Below, piece after piece: positions 15,801 to 27,800 of a DNA stretch of 64,000 bases; within the stretch, counting starts at the first letter, position 1, and every line of letters begins with the position of its first letter. The translations under genes and the position numbers were made by a program. Source of the stretch: a virus; the IMG/VR virus record IMGVR_UViG_3300045988_085140; one strand, written 5' to 3'. A model generated the notes under the pieces. That model was not told where the DNA came from. It worked only from the letters and a program-made list of their open reading frames with translations, and ran no database searches.

Positions 15801-18800
15801 TTGGAAGACCAGAAGAGACTGGAAGCTGCCAAGGCTGAGCGTGAGCAGATGGAGAAAGAACGTGCTGCTCAGCAGAATCAGGAGACTGAGCAGACTCAAC
15901 CTTCATTTGACTTCAATCAGATTCTCAATGATAATGGTAACGTGGTGCTCGTTGATGTGCTCGACAAGGATGGTAATACCAAATACCCTGACTCTAGATT
16001 ATTCCTTATCCGTGATGCTGGTGCTAAAGCTAAGGTAGTTGAGTTGAAGAGTGATGGTACTCTTGTTCCTCATGCTGTGAACAAAGAAGATGTGGCTACA
16101 ATCTCTTCTATGTCGCTCGATGAATACAAACAAGCTATGCCTGAATCCTCAATGATTGAGGATAATAGTGGAGAGAATAGAGGTGAGATAGAGGTGGAAG
16201 CTCCGACAATAGAGGGCGAGGTCGCGGCTCCTGTTAATGAGGTCGCGGCTCCTGAATCTGCTGAGACTCCTGCAACTGAGCAGACTCCTGCTGCTCCTGC
16301 CATTACTCTTGAAGATGGAACCATCGTGCCTATGCTGGAGGATGGCAATCCTGACTTCTCGAAGCTGACTGCCGCACAGACTGCTGAGCTATATGATAAT
16401 CAGTTTGGTGAGGATGCAGATAGTATCGTATCTGGATATGTGTCTGATGCAAAGAAGGCACTCGACAAGGCTAGCAACATGACCGTGAAGGGCAAGACTT
16501 TCGTGGAACAGAAGGCTGCTAAGGATGCCAAGGAGAAGGCTATTGCTGATGCTAAGGCGGCTTATGACTCTGCTATCGCTATCCGTGATGCTTATAATGA
16601 GCGACAACTTGCCAAGGTGGAAGATACTGCTGAGGGTAGAAAGGAACTCATTGAGAAGGCAAGAAGAAAGTTCGCTCGCTTGAAGAGTGCGGTGAAGGAT
16701 GATGCTGAGGCGGTGGCTCAAATCTATAAGGAGACGGTTGGAACTCTGCTGCATCGTCTGTATGATGGTACTGGCATTGACGTGACAGATACGATTCCGC
16801 TTACTGCCGAGGAGTATGTGGCTAGTAACCTCGGTGCTCACTCTCTCAACTATGAGGGAACAGAGACAAGTAAGGGCGTTAAGCAGGAGACTGGATTGAG
16901 TAGAGAAGACTTTGCCAAGACTCAGTTGCTCGCTGCTGATGGCAATGGAACTACTATTGATGAGCTCGTTCATAGTCTGTGGGAGAATCGTCCATCCAAC
17001 CTTGAATCACTAGACACTCAGGATATTCGTAATGCTCTTATCAGTGTACTCAATAGCGGTTTCAAGGCATCGGAAGCAAGGAATTTTGTTGAAAATATTC
17101 GCATTGCTCAGGCAGAGAACATACTTGAAGAGCAGAAACGTGCTCAGGAGAATGCAGCCTATGCTGAGCAGCACAAGGCTGAGCAAGAGGCCGAGTTGAA
17201 GGCGAAGTCGGATGAAAAGGCTGAGTTGAAGGCGAAGTCAGAAGCGAAGTCGGATAATGAATCGGATAATAAATCTGATGATTTGTCTAATGAAACGGAT
17301 AATGATAAGATAAATGACAATATAAATGATAATATAAATGTTCCTGAGGATGCTACTGATGAGAATCCTTTAGGCGCAGAGCGTGATGAATCTGACCTTC
17401 CTTTCTCTACCAAGGAGAATGGCAAGCAGCAGACAACTGCCGAGCGTGCTGCTGACGTAGAGAAGAATAAGGTGGATGATATGAAGGTCGTTGACAATAT
17501 CGTGGGCGAGAAGACTCGCAAGGCTTTCGAGAGACTGGCTAAGATGATGGGTGCTAACATTCAATGGCAGTACTCAGACAAGTTGGGTAACGGCTGGATT
17601 CAGGAGACTACGGATGCCGATGGCAACGTTCATCGTACAATTTTCATCACTCTTGACTCTTCTATCACGGAAGGTGCTCAGTTTATCTTCGGTCACGAAA
17701 TGACTCACCAAATCAAGAACCTGAACCCTGCTGCATACAATGAGTTGACTCAGCTTGTGCTTGATACCTATGGCTCTGATGCCTTCGACAAGGCGGTAGA
17801 TGAGACTATGCAGAGATATTCCGATGCAGGATTCTCTGGACGTGCTAGAGATTACTATGCTGAGGAGGTTGTTGCTGATGCGGTAGGCGAAATGATTCGT
17901 GACCTCAACTTGGCTCATACTCTCGCCATGAAGATGTCTCATCCTCTGCTCGCTGCTATCCATGAGATATTACAGAAGATTAAGTTGGCATTCTTTGGTA
18001 CTGAGTATAGCGATGTGACCAAGAACATCATCCGCTCCATTGAACAAGCATACGTGAAGACTGCCAATGGTCAGGTGACAAACTCCGAGACTGGCGAAGA
18101 TGTTTCATTCTCTCTACGTCAAAAGCCTGAACCTAAGAAGAAGGGTATCGGATATAAGGTATTTGTGCTAAAGGATGGTAAACTCTATCCTCCGATGGTA
18201 GCGAACCCTGACGGTGCAGAAACCCCAGTCGGTGTGTGGCTCGATGCTGATGCGGCTCCTATTGCTGGAGAAAGCAAGACTGGCAGACCTCAGGTTAAGC
18301 AGGGCGGTAAGGGAACACAAGGGGGTAGCGGTAAGCTAGCCTATAGACCAGGCTGGCATCTTGGTGTCGTGCCTTACGCTATCCAGTTCAATCGCAAGGA
18401 TGCTGAGGGCAACAAGACTCTCTTCCCAAAGAACTTCGTTTTCGCTGAGGTGGAGTATGCTGCTGATGTAGATTATCAGGAGGAAGCTCGCCAAGAGGGT
18501 ATCAATCCATCGGGCAAGTATCAGCATTCATTGGCTGGCTTGAAACATCTGCCTACTGATGGATATTATATGTATCGTACCAACCCGAACCCTGAGACTG
18601 ACCCTTGGGTGATTACTGGTGCGATGAAGGTGAACCGTATCTTGACCAGAGCAGAGCAAGCGGAACTTGTGAAGAACGCTGGTCGTGAACCTCAGCAGAT
18701 TCAGGAGGGCGATATTGTTACTGATGATGTCGTGAACAGCATCAATCAGGAGATAGCTGATGCTCCTAAGTTCTCGTTGAAGGATAATCAGGAGAATCCT

Positions 18801-21800
18801 CTGAATCAGGATGGTACTTTGAAACTGGATAAGATTAAGTCCGTTGATGAATTGACGGATGAAGACTTCACTAGTGCCTTTCGTAATGTAGAGCTTCCTG
18901 CTATACCAAAGAATGTGGATGCTGCTATAGGGGCAAACGGAAAGCCTATTGTTATCAAGAAGAATATTTTTGAGAAGAATTGGAATGCTCACAAGTTTAC
19001 TCCTGCTGAAAGCAAAAAGGTATTGAATGATGCTTTATACAATACTGATTTAGTAAGGCACACACAGCCAACAAAGAAGCCTAACCATTGGGTTGCAATC
19101 AAGTTGGATGATAAAAGTCCTATCACCGTGTTGGAAGTAAACGACAACAAGAATAATGTTGAAGTTGTTGGTTGGTATACACTTGATGAAAGAAATCTTG
19201 GGAGAATAAAAAGACAAGCTGAACGAAATGGCGGCGAACTCATTATGTTAACTCCTAAAGATGATAAGGTGGAAAGCCTTTCCACTCCTCCGCTCAGCTC
19301 TGCTGCAAATATAATCAATTCTTTTGAAACTACCAAGGAAAATGGCGAAAAAGTTGATGTTGAGGGCACAAAATTCTCATTGAAAGATGAAGAATACCTG
19401 AAAGCGGTGGAAGATGGCAATATGGAAAAGGCTCAGAAGATGGTGAATGAAGCTGCTGATGCTGCTGGCTATTCTACAGATTCCAGCTATCAAGGTACAT
19501 CTGCCTTCAATGGTGCTGCACCTTGGGGTAATGGTTACTTCTTGACAAAGGACGAACGCAAGGAGGCATGGGATAATGGCGAGTTTGAAGGTGAATCAAC
19601 TCTTGGTGATTATATCAATGATGATATTGATGGCGGCAACTTGGAGGAGTTGACTAATGCCGCATCTTATCGTGCAGCTGACCCTATGCGTAAGGAGGCT
19701 ATTGATAACGTTCGTAATGCTATTCAGAAGAAAGCTAAGACTATTACAATGTATCGTAGTGTTCCTTCTGATGTGAAGGAAGGTTCTTTCCGAAATGGTG
19801 ACTGGGTTACTCCAAGTCGTGCTTATGCTGTTGATAATGCAAAATTGCATGGATGGGGTGACGATTACAACATCATCGAACAAAAAGTTCCTGTTGATGA
19901 TGTGTGGTTTGATGGCAACGATATTGCAGAATGGGGCTATGGTCGTGAGGAAGATTATATCAATGATACAGACTTCGCCTATAAGAACAGCAAGAACAAC
20001 AAAAAGTTGCTTGATGCCGTTACCTATGATGATAATGGTAATGTGATTCCTTTGTCTCAGAGATTCAATGAGAAGAATAAGGATGTGCGTTTCTCTTTGA
20101 AGGATGAAAAAACTCTTGCAGGAGTGCATAACATTACTGAGGAGAAACTGAGAAAGGCTTTGAAGCTGGGTGGCTTTGCCAATCCTTCTTTAGCTGTAAT
20201 TGATACCAACAAGACTGGTCACGACAACTTTGGAGAGATTTCCTTCATCGCTCCTTCTGCCCTTTTGGATAAGCGTACTGGCAATACTGGTGGTACATGG
20301 ATAACTGATGCCTATACTCAGCGTTATCCTTCCGTAGAGCGAGAAATGAGCGAAAAGGGGTATCGGAAGTTTGAAGACTGGGTTGATAGCCTTGATTACC
20401 CAAGTGGAGCTAAGGCTGAGATTGAGAGACAGGCAAAGGATGCCCTAAGTGACAATAATGCTCCTGCTTGGGAGTTGATGTACTTGAAGGAAAAGGGTAT
20501 TGATATTAAGGAGTATGATTCAAGAATTGATTATCGCTGGAAAGAGATTATCAGTGACCATCCTACTGCCGAGGATATTTTGAATAGTATGAAGACTGAC
20601 CCTGAACTGAATGAAAAGGTTACAAGTCTGGCTAAGCATGCCATCATCCATCCTACTTGGGAAAAGGTTTCTTTGGAGGTGAGAAGAAAGATGTATAAGG
20701 AGACTGGCGTTAAGGCTAGCCCTATCAATCCACAAGTAAGAAAACAGACTAAGGAAATCTTTGAGCGTGACTATGCGCCAACCTTGCTTAACAAGGACGG
20801 CAGTCCAAGAAAAAAAGATGTGAAGAAGGTTGTTGAGGATATTGTGAAGGAACATAAAGATACCAAGAAGTATGACTTCTATCTGTCTAAGGTGAAGGCT
20901 AGTAATTACGTCAACAAGAATGGTCTTTATGATGATTACATCAGATGGCAGGAGAACAAACTGGATGAGTTCGGAACGAAGAACCGTATCTTCCGTGGCT
21001 ATACTAGGGATGGTTCCCGAAAGTATGTGCCTGAGACTCTTGAAAATGTTTCAAAGGCTATGAGGGAAGAAGCAGATGGGCAGACCAATGGAAGCGAATA
21101 TACCTCGTTTGGTAGCTTTATCGCAAAGTTGGCTAGTCGTGTTGATTCTACAGACGAAATGCGTGCCAACAAGGATAAGTTGTCTTCTAATAAGGATAAG
21201 GAAGAATTTTACGAGAAATGGAGTGATGTTTATTATGACCTTGCCAAGTTCTTGTATAATGATGTGTTCTATGGTGAGCAGAGACTTCACGATATTGTAT
21301 TGCAGTCTGACCCTAAGAAGTATGCCAAGAAAGAATATGGCATTACCCTTACTCCTACCTTCATGAAGAAACTGGATGCCTTGAAGAATGCAGTACAGAC
21401 AGAGTTGAAGAGTGCGTACTTTGAGACTAAGTACAACAGACCTCTCCGTCTAAACGAGTTTGCTGCTGCTGTGGTTCCTGATAACTTGGGCAAAGATGTA
21501 CGCAAGGGTATAGAGAATGCTGGCTTACCAATGTATGACTACGACCCGAATAAGGAAGGTGACCGCAGTCGTGCTTTCAATGAAGCTATCAATAGTAGCG
21601 ACAATATCCGGTTCTCTCTCGCTGGTGTGCGTGGTGCGGCTGCTGCTGACAAGGCAGAGGAGCGTAATGCTCGTATGGATAATCTCTCCGTGGCTCGCAA
21701 GATGGAAGAAGAGAAGAAAGATGCCAAGGCTATCAAGATGGCTACTGGATGGGAGCGTGGTGCTGATGGCAAGTGGAGATACGAAATGCCTGATGCCAAG

Positions 21801-24800
21801 ATAAAGGACACGATGGACGTAGGCGGTGGACACATCGTTAAGCGTTACGAGGATGATATGCTCTGGAATGGCGGCAAACTATTTGATGTGATTGATGCAC
21901 CTGAATTATTTAAGGCTTATCCTCAGTTGAAGGGTGTTCGTATTGATACGGATGCCATTATGAACGATATGCCTTCACATGGTGAATATGATTCAAAAAC
22001 CAACACCATAACCATTCATGCTGATGAGTTGAAATATATGAATGACATATTGAATCACGAGATTCAGCATGCTATTCAAGGTATTGAGGGATTTGCCACT
22101 GGAGGTAGTCCTACAACTATTAGAGGTGAAGTCAAGAAGAGGTTTAATGAGGTCACAAAACAGATTAAGCAGCTACGAGCAGAAGGTAAGGAAGATGAGG
22201 CGAAGGCTCTCATAGAGAAGAACAGAGGTCTTTATGATGCCTACATGAAGAATGATGATTTCAATAGCTACAAGTCACTTGCTGGCGAGGTGGAGGCAAG
22301 AAATGTGCAGGAAAGAATGAACATGACTCCTGAGGAGAGAAGAAAAACTCTCGCTGAATCTACTGAGGACGTGGCTCGTAAAGACCAGATTTTCTTGGGT
22401 GTGGGTGATGTGTCCTTCTCCCTCCGTGATATGGCTGACGGAAAGGAGAGTGGGGCGGCAGATATGGCTGAGGATTTGAAGAGTCTGAACACTCCTGATG
22501 AGGTGGATGATGCTATCAAGACTGCTATTGAGGATATGCCGAGCGGCTGGAAGATGGCTAACAAGAAGATGATTCATATTGCTCAGGCTCTGGGCGAGAA
22601 TCGCAAGGCAGAGATTGCTGGCGAGGAACCTAAATTCTCCCTGAAGGATGGCACTCTCATTAAGGCTGGAACATACTTTAGCGGTGGCGGTCTTGTTGAG
22701 GAAGGCTTGAAGGGTATCATCGACCCAGTGGTGGCAGTGGAGTATGATGAGAAGATAAGCGGCGTATATCGCAACAATTTCGGGCAGCACATCGTTACTG
22801 CTGATGTTCGTGATGTTGACCCTAAGGAGTTGGTTAAGCAGATAGATGGCGAGGTGGAGTACTTCCATGCCAGCCCAGTCTGCAAGAACTACTCTCAGGC
22901 AAAGAGTAACCATGCTGAGGTGGAACTTGACAAGGAGACTGCTGCTAGTACTGCCGAGTTTATCAATGCTATTAAGCCAAAGGTTGTGACCATTGAGAAC
23001 GTGAAGGGATATAAGGATTCCGAAGCGATGAAGACTATCACCGATGCTCTGGATGCCAACGGCTATACTTGGGATGCAGATGTGTATAATGCTGCTGACT
23101 ATGGCGGCTACACAAACCGAGAGAGATTGATTGTCCGTGCGGTTCGTGATGGTAAACTTCCTGCCAAGCCTGAGAAGATGGCACGCAAGAGCGGATGGTA
23201 TGAAGCTGTGGCTGATATTATCCCGACCTTGACAGAGAAGAAGAATGGTGTGGCTCCTTGGATGGATATTCGCTTGAAGGCTGATGGCATTGACTGGAGA
23301 AACATTGACAAGCCATTGTATGTGATGGGTAGTGCCTATGCTGACGGCAAGGTCCCTCATGCCTTCGCTGATGAACTGCTGCCAACACTCAGAACGAAGA
23401 GTGGTGATGTGATTGTGATGCCTGATGGTAAGGTATATCGTGCCATGGGAAGAGTGCTCGCAAGAGTATCAGGAGTGAGCGATGATTACAAGATGCCATT
23501 CTCCGAGAACCTGAGCCATATCATCATCGGCAACGGAATCCCTACCCAGTTGACGGAACATGTGATTGCTCCTCTGCTTACTGGCTCTGACCCTAAGTTT
23601 AGCATCCGTACCTATCATGGTACTGGTGCTAGCTTTGACAAGTTCGATTTCAGCCACATGGGTGAAGGCGAAGGTTCACAAGCATTTGGATGGGGTGGTT
23701 ATGTTACTAACTCTAAGGATATTGCTGAGGACTACACAAGACGTGCCAAGATAAGGAAAGATAATGACGGTTTTGAATTTGTGACAGATATGTCTGCCAA
23801 TAACAAAGATATGGTAAGACAATATATCTATAAATATAAAGATGTAAACAAGGGATTGGATGCTATGAGAAAAGACCTTTCTTCTGCTCTAGAAATGTTC
23901 CCTGATGATGATGATTTAAAGGAACTTAGCAATATTCTTGCAAAGAAGAATGAGGAAATAGCTGTTCCTGATAATATTGCTTATCTTTATGATGTGGATA
24001 TTCCTGATGATAATGGAGATTATCTTGACTGGGAGAATAAACTGAAAAAATCTCATTTGAATAAGGTAAATAAGGAGTTGGTTAGAATAGGCAAGGAGCC
24101 TATTGAGACCATTTATCCAAGTCGTGTTGATGGTAAGGTAAGAGGTCAAGACTTGTATGATGAACTTTCCTCTATGCTTGGTTCTAAAGAAGCAGCTAGT
24201 AAGTTGTTAAGTGATGCTGGCTTTGTTGGAATCAAGTACCCTGCTGGAACCATTTATGGCGGTGCAGAGGAAGGCGATTACAACTATGTGATATTCGATG
24301 AGACCAATGCCAATATCGTGGGTAATACCCGATTCTCCTTGCGCTATGACCAGTTTGAGCACGACCTGAACCAGTGGAAGAAGGATAATAATCTGCCAAA
24401 GGATGCTCAGAGGCCAACCATCCCACAACGCAACGCTGGTGAGAGTGCCGTTGACTTCCTGAGGAGAGTGGACGAGTACCGCAAACAGATGGCTCTGTGG
24501 AAGACTGCTCCAACCTACGAGCAGCATCTTCTAAGTGATGATACTGCCCTTGGAGAGTTCAACCGAGAGTTGCAGCGTGGTTCTGTTCTGAAACGTATCG
24601 CCTTCCAAGATAGTATGCTGGCTATCCGCAAGGCTCAGGAAGCTATCATGAAGGAAGTGGGTGTTGACCGTCTGAACATGGCTGAGGATGCCTATACTGC
24701 CGAGAACCGCAGTCACGGCAAGGGAAAGAACGAGTTTGAGGAATACAATAATGAGTTCTTGCAGCCATTGAGAAAGGCTTATCATCAGATGAAGAAGATA

Positions 24801-27800
24801 CTGGGTGACAGCTATGATAATGTCCGTATCTACATGATGGCTAAGCATGGCTTGGAGCGTGATTCTCAGATGGCTTTCAAAAAGTCTCTGGAAGCTGACT
24901 ATGAGGACGTGGCTCAGAGAAGTGCAGCATATAAGGCTTACAAAGGCGATATGAACCGTATCATCAATGATAGCGACTTGGAGTTTGGTAGAGTAGACTT
25001 CACTACTTGGAGACAGAGAGACAATGCACTCAGGGCGAAATATTCTCCATCTTATATGAACTATCGCTACGACAAGAATGGTATTGCCTACGATTACTCA
25101 GGTTTGTCTGCTCTCTTTGACGGCTCAGACTTTGAGGAAGCTGCCTACAAACTGGTAAAGGATATTGAGGATAAGTATGTAACCGAGACTCACAACCTCT
25201 GGGATGCAACGAATGCGGCTACCAAGAAGATTCTCCGTGATGGCTATAAGGCTGGCATGATGAGCAAAGATACTTATCAGTATGTGCGTGATATGTATAG
25301 CCATTATATTCCTCTCCGTGGCTGGTATGGCACTACTGCCGACCAAGTATGGGACTATATTGGTGGTGGAAAGGGTGCGTTCAATCAGACCTTGAAGAAG
25401 GCACACGGACGAACCTCTATCGCTGATGACCCTATCGCCTACATCGAGAATATGGCAGAGAGTGGAATCCTGCTGAACAACAAGAACTGGGTGAAACAAC
25501 ACCTGATGCTCTTGGCTCAGAATCATCCAACTTCCCTGCTGACCCTGAGCAAGGCTTGGTATGTGAAGAGTACGGATGCCAACGGCAACGAGGAGTGGAT
25601 TCCTGCTACACCTCAGATTACTTCTCAGATGGATAGCAATCAGGTGAAGGCTGCCATTGATGCTTTCGAGAAGAAGATGGAGCAGATGGCTCAGGCTGGC
25701 GATGCTACTCAGAAGAGAGACGGATTGAACATAGCCTATCCTCAGACTCACAGCGAGGAGAGAGAACATGAGGTGCGAGTGATGAAGGATGGCGAGGAAT
25801 ATGTTATCTATGTGAATGGTGACCCTCAGTTGGCTCAGGCGATGAATAATACCAGAGCACACCGAGTAAGAGAGATTCAGAGCGGTAAACTTGATAGGGC
25901 TGCTGCTTGGTTGGGCAGAAAGATGGCTGCTGCCTATACCAGTCTTTCACCTCTCTTCATTCCTTCCAACTACTTCCGAGACCTGACCATGACGCTGGCA
26001 TCTACAGCTATCCGTGAGGATGCAAAGTACAACTATCTGCTCAGAAAGAATCTGGCTACCTCTTGGAATCTCGGATTCATGCTGAGAGATTTTCAGAACG
26101 GAAAGTTGAGAGATAAGGTAAACAACGGAAACGCTACACCAAAGGAACAGATGTTCTATGACTTCATGATGAATGGTGGTGAAACTGGCTTTGTCTCTTC
26201 GCTTGACGTGGAAGACTTGAAGAAGAAATTCAAGAACGACTTGAAGGATTTGGATAGATGGAAGGCGAACCCAGTAAAGGTAGGACATACCATTATGGAT
26301 AGCATTGAGTTCCTGAACAGAGCAATTGAGGATAGTAACCGATTTGCGGTTTACATGACCTCCATTCAATATGGGCGTTCTATTGATGAGGCTGTGAATG
26401 ATGCCAAGAATGTAACATTGAACTTCAACCGCAAGGGTACTGGCGAATATGGCTGGCAGATGATTAGAAACCTCTATCTCTTCATCAACCCAGCAGTACA
26501 GAGTTTGCAGACTTTGGGTGCGCTTGCTAAGCATCATCCATTCAAGTTCACGGCTGTTACTGCATCGTGGTTGGCGAGTGGTGTACTGGTTCCTATCGTT
26601 AACGCTGCCCTGATGAGTATGTTGGGTGGTGATGATGATAAGGATAAGTACTGGCAGTTCACCAAGTGGGATAGAAGAAACAACCTGATTATGTGGGTTC
26701 CGTTTACTCATGAGTATGTGAAGATTCCGCTTGCTCAGGAGTTCCGTGCCTTCTATGGAATAGGCGATATGATTGCATCTAAGATGATGGGTGGCGAGTT
26801 GGCTGAGGAAAGTTGGAGCCAGTATGCAGAAGATTTGCTCGGTCAGGTAGTGGATATGCTTCCGCTTGACCCTACTGGCTATGATGGCAATATTGCTGTC
26901 AGTCTGATGCCGAATGCTATTCGACCAGTCTTTGAGTTGGCTTTCAATGTTGACTTCACTGGCAAGCCATTATTCAAGGACACAGAGTACAACAAGTATG
27001 ACCCTAACTTTACCAAGGCATACGTGGGCACTCCTGATTGGTTGGTTCGTGCATCAAGGATGGTTAACTCAATCGGAAACGACTATCCAGATGTGCAGCA
27101 GAACAGCATTGATGCTTTCGGTGACCCAAGATACAATCTGAATAACCCTGCTGTGGTTGACCATGTATTGTCTTCTTATCTCGGTGGTGCTTACACCATG
27201 GGCAGTCAGGTGCTCGGTTTGCTTACCAAGTCGCTCAATGACCCGAAGGAAATTAAGGTGGCTGATATTCCATTATTCAGTAAGTTCGTCAGCAATCCTG
27301 ATGATAGACCGGTTACTAAGAAACAAGGTGATGAGTTCTGGAATATGAAGGAGAACCACGACCGTGCAGCCAATACCCTGAGCAAGTTGAAGAAACAAGC
27401 TAAGGTGGATGGCGATTACTCAATGCTGGAGCGGTTCTACGGCTCAGAGGAGTATAAGAAGTACAAGCAGGATGATGTGAAGGTGAAGAAGTATGAGGAA
27501 GACAAGAAGAAGGAACGTGCTGAGGAGAGTGGGGAGGAGTATAGACCTCACAAGTTGAATGCCGAGGATATATACAAGGCTCATGCTACTCCGAAGGATG
27601 ATTTCGAGGACTTGAAGCTGAAACAACTCTACACCAAACTGAACGGATTCAAGACTTCCTATGACCTCTTGGTTGATACGGCTCCTAGTCAGAGCGATGG
27701 CTACTACAACAACAACAAGGCTGCCATTGATGCCATTGACGAGATTTCCCTTGACAAGCAGGAGATTTCCGAGTTGAAGAAAGGTTTCTTGGATGATGGC

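Noticed and set aside
17190-17340. Short tandem repeats that could be mistaken for a CRISPR or VNTR array.
   Set aside because: They are in frame within the giant ORF and encode low-complexity AELKAKS, SDN and NDNIN peptides. There is no repeat-spacer periodicity.
19374-20090. Giant-ORF module C as an R-S-E type ADP-ribosyltransferase (YRSV / TPS / AEWGY).
   Set aside because: The third motif lacks the E-x-E or Q-x-E glutamates, and the spacing is only loosely compatible. The module is kept as unknown.
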